From the IMG/VR virus record IMGVR_UViG_3300026549_000040, positions 80,876-144,875 of that record: a stretch of 64,000 bases of DNA; one strand, given 5' to 3'. Position numbers and translations under genes: made by a program. Shown here in pieces: positions 26,064 through 34,322 of the stretch (position 1 is its first letter; each line of letters starts with the position of its first letter). A model generated the notes under the pieces. It ran no database searches and was not told where the DNA came from. It saw only the letters and a list, made by a program, of their open reading frames with translations. Source of the DNA: a virus (taxonomy: Duplodnaviria > Caudoviricetes).

Positions 26064-28301
26064 ATGATTGAATTTAACAAAGTTTCTACAGAATCAAATT
26101 TTATAAAGAATTTATTACATAGTACTTTTTTACCCAGACTTAGAACGGTTAGGGATGATGATTATATCATAAAAGATAGAATATATGTCTATAAGTGTAA
26201 TATAATTAAGTGTACTAATAGTGGTTATATAGCAGTTAAGAATGCTAATCTTGATCCTAACTTATATCCTAAAGCAACTTTAAGAAAAACAGATGATGAA
26301 AAGGTTAAAAAGGATCAAGTTTATTATACTTATGTTAATGGTAACATTAGAAAAATACAATCTACGTCTAATGATTTAAGAAGCCCTATGGCAGAAGGTT
26401 GGTATGAACTTAATGTTGCATCTTATGTTATATTAGAAGAATATTTCTTTGGTGAAAGAAATGATAAGTTGTGTACTAACTTTCTATCAAGTTCAGAAGG
26501 ATATGATTATAAAACACATGAAAGGTTAGGACAATATCTTAGAGGTCTTAGAGATATGTATGGATTAAATTTAATGCCTCTATATAATTGTTTCGATAAT
26601 GTGTTGTTAGAAAATATTCATATAACTAATCATGAAATAGTAAGAACATCAGAAGACTTCCAGACAAAAGTATATAAAGTACCAATTAGGTTTAATGTAG
26701 ACTATACCATTTGTATGGAAAATATTGGTATGACTACATTCGCTCCAGCTTTTATACGACATGGTACATTAGCGAAATTAAATAACACAAGATTCGGTAA
26801 TGGCTTAGATATAACAAATAAGTACATAAAGTTAAATCATGAGGATGTTATATATAATAAACCAAACCTTAGGTTTAAAGATCCTATAACACTTAGGTTT
26901 GATAATATACCACAGAATAAAAAAGTAAGATATAGTCAATTTGTATATACTGAAATTCCTGCTAAATATATGTCTGAATATTACAGGAAGAGTGATGGTA
27001 CGTATCCAATATATTTTAAGAAATATATAACAGAACCAGAAACTTATAGATTTTTTAAATACACAATTGATGGTAGTGATACTGTAATTCCAGATGGTAT
27101 TCCTGTTAAGCAACCTGGATATGCTTATATATTACAAGAAGATGGGGGTAGTGGCCAAGAAGCATTATATCCATCAGATACTGAATTATATCCAGGAGAT
27201 AATGTAGTATTACCACCATTACTAGATGATGCTTATGAAAGTGTAAATCCAAGTATAGGTACTTTTGATAGTGTAGCCGGTTCTTTTAAAAAATGCAGTG
27301 AAGATGAAACTGTATTTAATAAAAAAATATTTGACAGTGATAAAAATAAATACTATGTATATGATACAACTGAGAATAAATTTGTACAATGCACAGAAGA
27401 CTGGACTTATTCTGAGTCAGATATATACTACTATAAAAGTTTAGATACGGATTTAGGCTGGTATGAATTTATTGATGGAGAATTTGTTAAGACTGAAGAT
27501 ACGTTTATAAAGAATACATTCTATAAATGTGCAGATACCTTTAGTGAAGATGAATTTAACAAGGATAAAACTAAGTATTACATATATGATTCTATAGAAG
27601 ATACTTATACTCAATGTACATCAGAAGATGAATTTTATAGTGACTCATTGTATTTTTATAAAGATACAAAGAAATATTATAAAAAAGATATGACAGAAAT
27701 AATAACATCATATAACTATGATATAACTGAAGAAAATTGCTGTATGTACGATTATGTAGAAGATGAATTATATCTATTGATACAAGTACCGCAATCATTT
27801 AATTCAAGCATAGTTATATTAGAAGGTGATTATACTAATTTTGCTAATGAACGAATATATGATAATGTAAAATTTGAATTATTCAATGATAGAAAATTAG
27901 ATTACTTATTTACCAAAAATCTAAAACTAATGGAATCTGGTGGAGATACTATAGTACCTTTTTCTGATACACTAATTCAGTTCTTATTATGGCACGTTAT
28001 TTGTAGTTTGGATACTATAAATGGTGATATGAATAGAGTTGTATATCAATTAGGTTCTTCTGGTAGTCTTCCAGTTTATCCTATTAATAACTATTGGTAT
28101 TCCAGATATAGAGAATTAGTATTTAATTATGCTGATACATATCCTAAAAAATATATTTCAGATAATCTTGGTTATATAACAACTGATATAGAAAATATAA
28201 TAGAGTCTGGTGCTACTTATTTCAATGAACAAACAACTGTAGACAATGAAAATATACCAGAACCACCAAATGCTTATTTAGAAGAGGAAGGTATTAAATG
28301 A
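26064..28301 (+). CDS. Baseplate/tail structural protein with aromatic insertion repeats
   Basis: Position; SPMAEGWYE, DLGWYE; duplicated FxxDKxKYYxYD...QCT...YxYK unit. Confidence 0.55.
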   Translation: MIEFNKVSTESNFIKNLLHSTFLPRLRTVRDDDYIIKDRIYVYKCNIIKCTNSGYIAVKNANLDPNLYPKATLRKTDDEKVKKDQVYYTYVNGNIRKIQSTSNDLRSPMAEGWYELNVASYVILEEYFFGERNDKLCTNFLSSSEGYDYKTHERLGQYLRGLRDMYGLNLMPLYNCFDNVLLENIHITNHEIVRTSEDFQTKVYKVPIRFNVDYTICMENIGMTTFAPAFIRHGTLAKLNNTRFGNGLDITNKYIKLNHEDVIYNKPNLRFKDPITLRFDNIPQNKKVRYSQFVYTEIPAKYMSEYYRKSDGTYPIYFKKYITEPETYRFFKYTIDGSDTVIPDGIPVKQPGYAYILQEDGGSGQEALYPSDTELYPGDNVVLPPLLDDAYESVNPSIGTFDSVAGSFKKCSEDETVFNKKIFDSDKNKYYVYDTTENKFVQCTEDWTYSESDIYYYKSLDTDLGWYEFIDGEFVKTEDTFIKNTFYKCADTFSEDEFNKDKTKYYIYDSIEDTYTQCTSEDEFYSDSLYFYKDTKKYYKKDMTEIITSYNYDITEENCCMYDYVEDELYLLIQVPQSFNSSIVILEGDYTNFANERIYDNVKFELFNDRKLDYLFTKNLKLMESGGDTIVPFSDTLIQFLLWHVICSLDTINGDMNRVVYQLGSSGSLPVYPINNYWYSRYRELVFNYADTYPKKYISDNLGYITTDIENIIESGATYFNEQTTVDNENIPEPPNAYLEEEGIK

Positions 28302-28840
28302 CTATAAAAGTTAAGAAAAATTTAGCAATACCTACAGATAATTTTGTAATATTGCATCATACTGGACAATCCTATGTGATACCAGTGGATCCAGATTCAA
28401 TAGCTGATCAAATGTCAGCTTCTTTCGCTTCTAATTTCCCATTAAGTAGAAGTGCTCCTATATATTCTTATCAAAATTCAGGACCAAGATCTGTTCAAGT
28501 ATCATTTACTTTACATCGTGATCTATGTAATGAATTTAATCCTAAATCTAAAGATATGGTAGAAGAGTTGATTAATAATTTAGAAGCAATGGTACTGCCA
28601 GAATATAACTCTTCTAAAAAGGTAGTTAATCCTCCTATAGTTACTTTAAAGATACGTGATGAGATAACTATAAAAGGGGTAGTTACTAATGTAGGTAAAT
28701 CATTTAATTTACCCTTACTAAATTATGGTGGAGCATATAAATATGCTGTAGTGAATCTTAACTTTTCAGTTTCTGAAGTTCAACCACAAAGCGCAAGTAT
28801 TCTTTCTTCAATAAAAGGTGGAAGAAGATTAGGACAATAA
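28298..28840 (+). CDS. Tube-initiator/baseplate hub protein
   Basis: SRSAPIYSYQNSGPRSV.VSF.L...P.Y...PP.V.L pattern; precedes the LysM gene. Confidence 0.55.
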   Translation: MTIKVKKNLAIPTDNFVILHHTGQSYVIPVDPDSIADQMSASFASNFPLSRSAPIYSYQNSGPRSVQVSFTLHRDLCNEFNPKSKDMVEELINNLEAMVLPEYNSSKKVVNPPIVTLKIRDEITIKGVVTNVGKSFNLPLLNYGGAYKYAVVNLNFSVSEVQPQSASILSSIKGGRRLGQ

Positions 28841-28841
28841 A

Positions 28842-29246
28842 ATGGATGTATTAACTGGTAAAACAACTAAAACAAGTGATTACTTTTCTAGGTATAATGG
28901 ATTTTCATATTATTATAATAAGCTAAGTGAAAAAAGAATTCCTATAAAAGATACCTGGGGTCGTACTTCTACTGATGAGACTACAGGTGAATTATTATAT
29001 AGAATAGACGGCAGATATAATATGTCTACTTCTTCTTGGCTTAAAGATACAGATCAGTACGAAGCATATACTGTGCAAGAAGGAGATACTTATGATTATA
29101 TTGCATTGAAGAAATATAACAATCCAACGCAATATTGGATTATTTGTGACTTTAATAAAATAATAGATCCTTTTAAAGAACCGAAACCCGGAGATGTTTT
29201 ATTTCTTCCTGCTAAAGGTAAAGACTTAGAGTTCGAACATTATTAA
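28842..29246 (+). CDS. LysM-domain baseplate protein (gp53/gpX-like)
   Basis: YTVQEGDTYDYIALKKYNNPTQYWIICDFNKIIDP...PGDVLFLP. Confidence 0.85.
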   Translation: MDVLTGKTTKTSDYFSRYNGFSYYYNKLSEKRIPIKDTWGRTSTDETTGELLYRIDGRYNMSTSSWLKDTDQYEAYTVQEGDTYDYIALKKYNNPTQYWIICDFNKIIDPFKEPKPGDVLFLPAKGKDLEFEHY

Positions 29247-29248
29247 TA

Positions 29249-31714
29249 ATGATATTAACATATAATAAAAATTTAATACAGAAAACTCTTGGTAAGCAAG
29301 GTAGTTCACAATGCGGGGTATACGCTGTTGCCTATGGTTTCACAATATTAGAAGGAAAATGTAGAGTTTCCGGGAGTCCTGCCTCTCATCAGTCAGTTGC
29401 TAATAAATATAATGGGGGTCATTTTGCTATTTGTTACTGGAGCACAATGGGTGTTGCTAGTAAAAGTGCAAGTTCTGTTAAAAACAGATATGGTAAGATA
29501 CTTGATGAATTAAAAAAAGGAAAACCCACTGTAGTTGCTACTAAAGGTTCTTCTTCCAATCACTATGTTCTAGTTATTGGAGTTAAAGATGGTAAAACAG
29601 CAGATACTATTGATCCTTCTGATTTCTATATTATAGATCCAGCAGATAATAAAATAGGCTATTTTGGTTCTACATGGGCTCATGGATTTAATAATAGTAG
29701 TTATGGTTTACAATATATAACTTTTCCTGGCAAAGGTGTAGGGGCAACAGGGGCTGTAGGAGGTGCAGATCATCCAAGATCTTGGTATACTAAAAAATAC
29801 GGTAATGAAGCTAAGGTTTATTTTTGGATGAGAGATCTTGGTTATAGTCATAAAGGTACTTGCGCAATTATGGGTAATATTGCCCAAGAATCTAATTTTA
29901 ATACCTCTGTAACTAGTAGGGATGGTTATGGCTCAAAGGGCATGTGTCAGTGGACAGGTGGCAGACTTACTAATTTAAAGAATTTTGCAAAAGATAAAGG
30001 CTTATCCTGGACAAGTGTAGAATGTCAATGTAAGTTTCTTGATAAAGAATTAAAAAGCTATAAAAAATTACATTCTAGTTTAGTAAAAGGATCTGGAAAA
30101 TTATATGATTTAACATATGATTTTTGTTTTACTTTTGAGCGTCCCGCTAAAGCTTACGCCAATATGAGCAACAGAAGTAGTAAAGCAGAGACTTATTATA
30201 GTCGGTATGCTAAAGCTTTTGGTGCAGATGGAGGTATGAGTGGTGATGAATATGCAATGGGTACTGCCGCAGTTAATATGCAGCAACGTAGTTCTCAATT
30301 ATATTCATCTGCTAATTATGAATGGGCTTCACAAAAAGAAAAAGAAAAGTATGAATCAAAATCAGATAAATTTGCAAGAGAAAATACAGAAGCAATACGT
30401 GATTATTTAAATAGTATATCTATTGATTATAATTCAAGCACAACTTTTGCTATACCTGATTATACTAATATTAAAATTGTAAAGTCAAGTAATAATCTTA
30501 TAAGAAGTTCAACAGATATTTTACCAATAGCAACAGCTATGGTTGAAGCACCATTCGTTGAAGTTAATTTTAAAGATATAACTGTAGGTACAGTTAATAA
30601 TTCATTAGATGAATTTCCTAATCATATATCACAGTTAGAAGTACAGAAAATTAATGGTGAGATAAATAAATACTCATTTAATTTAGTTCATCAAATAAGA
30701 GCTGGTGAAGATCCGAATTTATTTGATAAGATATTTTCTCATGTAAGATATGAAAGAATATCTATAAAGTATGGTGATTATGCTTCAAATACTATTTACG
30801 GAGATGAAAAAGCATTCATTACAGATGTTGTTATGAATAGAGACTATGTGAGTAATCGTATTAATTATACTGTTCATGCTACATCTGCTGGGTCATTAGT
30901 AACATCTTATAAGCTTAATTTTTCGACCAGAACAGATAAGCCATCAACTGTTATAAATGATTTATTGTATAAAAACTCAACAACCTCTAAATTACTATTA
31001 GATGCCTTTCCTGGTATGCGTAATAAAACAAAAGTTAATTCTAGCAATCTACTACCTAATACCGATAGTGTAGTAGAACTAGAAGACCAGGTAAATAAGA
31101 GTCCTATAGAATATATAAATTACTTAGTAGGTTGTATGAGTAATGCTTCTAATCCTGTTGATAGCGTAATTAGAAATTCTTCCTATTATATATCATATGA
31201 AAATGATTTTAATGGTAATATGGGAGGAGCCTTTTTTAAGGTAACAGAAGTAAAGCCTAATTCCTTATCAAAATATTATAGTAATAATATATATGAAATT
31301 ACAGTAGGATATCCAGATAATAATTTTGTTTTAGGGTTTTCCGTTAGTAATGAATCAGCATGGTCATTACTATATAAAAATTCAAGTATTGCAAGTGAAT
31401 ATATTTATTCCTTAGATAGTAAAGGAAACAGTGTAAAACAATACTCTCCAAATCTAATGAGTTCATCTAATCCTTTTAATGAAATACAAAAGAATTGGTG
31501 GACTAATATGACTCAATTTCCTATAAATGCTACATTAACACTAAAAGGTCTTATGAAACCTGTAATGCTTATGGATTATGTTATAGTTAATGTTGTATTT
31601 TATGGACAAAAACATATAACAAGTGGTGTATATACTATAACTGGACAAACTGATACATTATCTGGTGATGGTTTTAGAACTGCTTTATCATTAACAAGAA
31701 TAGGTGCTATTTAA
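29249..31714 (+). CDS. Hub paralogue 1: C39-like peptidase + phage tail lysozyme + hub domain
   Basis: QCG...HYVLVIG...IIDPA; AIMGNIAQESNFN...GMCQWTGGR...FERP; shared C-terminal domain from ~30296. Confidence 0.8.
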   Translation: MILTYNKNLIQKTLGKQGSSQCGVYAVAYGFTILEGKCRVSGSPASHQSVANKYNGGHFAICYWSTMGVASKSASSVKNRYGKILDELKKGKPTVVATKGSSSNHYVLVIGVKDGKTADTIDPSDFYIIDPADNKIGYFGSTWAHGFNNSSYGLQYITFPGKGVGATGAVGGADHPRSWYTKKYGNEAKVYFWMRDLGYSHKGTCAIMGNIAQESNFNTSVTSRDGYGSKGMCQWTGGRLTNLKNFAKDKGLSWTSVECQCKFLDKELKSYKKLHSSLVKGSGKLYDLTYDFCFTFERPAKAYANMSNRSSKAETYYSRYAKAFGADGGMSGDEYAMGTAAVNMQQRSSQLYSSANYEWASQKEKEKYESKSDKFARENTEAIRDYLNSISIDYNSSTTFAIPDYTNIKIVKSSNNLIRSSTDILPIATAMVEAPFVEVNFKDITVGTVNNSLDEFPNHISQLEVQKINGEINKYSFNLVHQIRAGEDPNLFDKIFSHVRYERISIKYGDYASNTIYGDEKAFITDVVMNRDYVSNRINYTVHATSAGSLVTSYKLNFSTRTDKPSTVINDLLYKNSTTSKLLLDAFPGMRNKTKVNSSNLLPNTDSVVELEDQVNKSPIEYINYLVGCMSNASNPVDSVIRNSSYYISYENDFNGNMGGAFFKVTEVKPNSLSKYYSNNIYEITVGYPDNNFVLGFSVSNESAWSLLYKNSSIASEYIYSLDSKGNSVKQYSPNLMSSSNPFNEIQKNWWTNMTQFPINATLTLKGLMKPVMLMDYVIVNVVFYGQKHITSGVYTITGQTDTLSGDGFRTALSLTRIGAI

Positions 31715-34320
31715 TGGCAAAAGTTATAGGTGCTCTTTCAACAAAACCATATATAAGACATTTTTCATCTAGTAAAGGTCTAGGAAAAACACTAGTATTT
31801 AGACCTAATGATAAAACTACAAGAAATCTTATATTAAAAGCTGCTTTTCTTATGCAGTCTAATACAGGTAAATACTATTATGATAATACTGGATGGAAGT
31901 GGGTAAATACTGTTAAGAAAAATAAAGCTAGCACTCTATTAGCTCCTAATGTAATTGGTAAAACACACGTAACAAGTTTAGCATTCGTAGTAGCAGTATG
32001 TAGATTTGCAGGTATAACAAAAGCCACTTCTTGTAATTCTTTTGGTGCATTAAGAGATAAATTAGAAAATGCTACTAAACTTACTAAACAAAGAAAGGTT
32101 GCTTCTCAAGTTACTTTAAAGCCTGGTGATATACTAATAAGACCCAAAAGCTCATCTATGAAGGGTTATGGGTGTATATATGTAGGTAATACAAAACGTA
32201 CAAGTGTATTGCCAAGTAAGTCAAGTGGTTCTTCAGGCACTAATAAAGAAACTAAGAAAAAAGATTTAGGAGAATTTGCTAAAGGCTTATGCTGGCCATC
32301 TGTAAAAGGTAATTCTAATCCAAAAGGTGAATATCCTAATGGGAAAAGAACAGTAGCATATGATGCAGCTTATAAGGCGATAAAGTCTAAATTAAAAATA
32401 AAAGATAAAAGGTATCAAGTTGGTGCTAGTTGTGATGTATTTGTTTTTGCTGCTTGTAGAGCTTATGGTATAGATAATTTTCCTAATAGATTATCCGCAC
32501 AATGTGAGTACTTTTTTAAGAGCGATAAATATAAAACTTATTTTACAAAAGTACAAACTGATAAAGGCAGCACTGCAAAAATGAAAAGTGGAGATGTAGT
32601 ATGTAGGATTAATTCAGGATCTAAAAATAATGGTCAAGGTCATATCTTAATAGTATGTGTAGAAAATGGTAAGAAGAGAACAGCTAATGCACATCACGAA
32701 AAAAAGCATAATGGTGTTAAAGGTTATTATGGTGTAGTAGATGGCTTTAGTTCTAAAGATACTAACAAAGCTTCTGGGAAAAACAAATACTATGGAGTCT
32801 TTAGATTAAAACCAGGTGTTGCACTTGGTGATGGTACAATAGCTGGTGCTAGTGGTGATAGTTCAGATTCTGTAGTAGTTATGGATGATGGTAGTGCTTT
32901 AGTTCTTGATACTATAAATACATTATTTTCTTCACAAGGATATGATTGGGCAAAGGCAGAAGAAAAGAAAGAATCAGAGTCAGATAAATTTGCAAGAGAG
33001 ACAACAGACGATATAAGGAATTTCTTAGATAATTTAAAGATTGATCAATCTAGTTTTACTTATGCCCCACCTGCTGATGTTCAGGTTATGTCTTCTATGA
33101 AGGCTTCTAATAAAGCAGTTTATAAGACAGAATTATATAAAGGAAAATCAGGCGGAAATAAACTAACTTCATATCCAAATATGGTTCAAGCTCCAATTAT
33201 AGAGCTTTCTTTTAATGGTACTATTATCGGTGGTTATGGTAATGTAGGGGATGAATTCCCTAATTATATTAATTCTTTACAAGTACAAAAAGTAAATGGA
33301 AGAATTAATAGATATACAATAGGTTTATCTTATCAAGTAAGGCCGGGTGAAGATCCAAACTTTATAGATGGGTTATTAGGAAAAGTAGGTTATACTAATC
33401 CATTAAAAATTAGATATGGTGATGGGACAAGTCCTGGATTAATATTTAGAGAAGATAGTGCAGTTGTTATTGATGTAAAACATAAAGAAGATGTTGCATC
33501 AAGTTCTATTACGTACACTATATCAGCAATATCTTCTATAGCTAGTGCTAATAATTCTTCTTTTACGTTTACACCAACTGTAGATAGACCATCAAATGTT
33601 ATAAATAATTTATTATACGGTAAGAATAATGTAAGTAAACAATTAAGAGATGCTTTTCCTGCTATGACTAATAAAACATTCGTAAGTTCTAATAACTTAA
33701 TACCTACAACTGATGGTGTTATTAGTATAGGTGGTATGAACAATACGAGTCCACTTACTTATTTAAGTCATTTAGTAAGCTGCATGAATAACAAAGGGTC
33801 TAGTTTTTTCTTGACCTTTCATGATGGAAAAGATGGTGCCTATTTTAAAATAACAGAAGTTAAAAAACAAACAAGTTCTCAAGTAGCTGGATTATATGAA
33901 ATAGATGTAGGTTATCCAGGTGATAATTTTGTAACTAATTTTCAATTATGCAATAATATCTATTGGCCATTGGTTTATGAGTATAATGGAAATGTACCAA
34001 AGTATAACTATGATATAGACAGTAATGGAAGTATCTTTAGTAGTTCAAGTAACAGATTATTGAGTGATAATAAATTTTTAGCTGATAGTGTTATAAATGA
34101 GAATTGGTGGTCATCAATTACAGAATTTCCAGTATCTGCTAAGATAACATTAAAAGGCTTAACAGCACCTGTTATGCTTATGACTTATATAAAAGTCAAT
34201 ACATTATTTTATGGTCAAAAAGATATGGCAAGTGGTTTATATGTAGTTACAGATCAAGAAGATTCCGTATCTGGTAATGGCTGTTCAACTACATTGACTA
34301 TGTTAAGAGTTGGAGAATAA
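31714..34320 (+). CDS. Hub paralogue 2: degenerate amidase-like + NlpC/P60-like domain + hub domain
   Basis: LKPGDIL..GYGCIYVG; ASCDVFV...MKSGDVV...GHILI; shared C-terminal domain from ~32923. Confidence 0.7.
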   Translation: MAKVIGALSTKPYIRHFSSSKGLGKTLVFRPNDKTTRNLILKAAFLMQSNTGKYYYDNTGWKWVNTVKKNKASTLLAPNVIGKTHVTSLAFVVAVCRFAGITKATSCNSFGALRDKLENATKLTKQRKVASQVTLKPGDILIRPKSSSMKGYGCIYVGNTKRTSVLPSKSSGSSGTNKETKKKDLGEFAKGLCWPSVKGNSNPKGEYPNGKRTVAYDAAYKAIKSKLKIKDKRYQVGASCDVFVFAACRAYGIDNFPNRLSAQCEYFFKSDKYKTYFTKVQTDKGSTAKMKSGDVVCRINSGSKNNGQGHILIVCVENGKKRTANAHHEKKHNGVKGYYGVVDGFSSKDTNKASGKNKYYGVFRLKPGVALGDGTIAGASGDSSDSVVVMDDGSALVLDTINTLFSSQGYDWAKAEEKKESESDKFARETTDDIRNFLDNLKIDQSSFTYAPPADVQVMSSMKASNKAVYKTELYKGKSGGNKLTSYPNMVQAPIIELSFNGTIIGGYGNVGDEFPNYINSLQVQKVNGRINRYTIGLSYQVRPGEDPNFIDGLLGKVGYTNPLKIRYGDGTSPGLIFREDSAVVIDVKHKEDVASSSITYTISAISSIASANNSSFTFTPTVDRPSNVINNLLYGKNNVSKQLRDAFPAMTNKTFVSSNNLIPTTDGVISIGGMNNTSPLTYLSHLVSCMNNKGSSFFLTFHDGKDGAYFKITEVKKQTSSQVAGLYEIDVGYPGDNFVTNFQLCNNIYWPLVYEYNGNVPKYNYDIDSNGSIFSSSSNRLLSDNKFLADSVINENWWSSITEFPVSAKITLKGLTAPVMLMTYIKVNTLFYGQKDMASGLYVVTDQEDSVSGNGCSTTLTMLRVGE

Positions 34321-34322
34321 AA

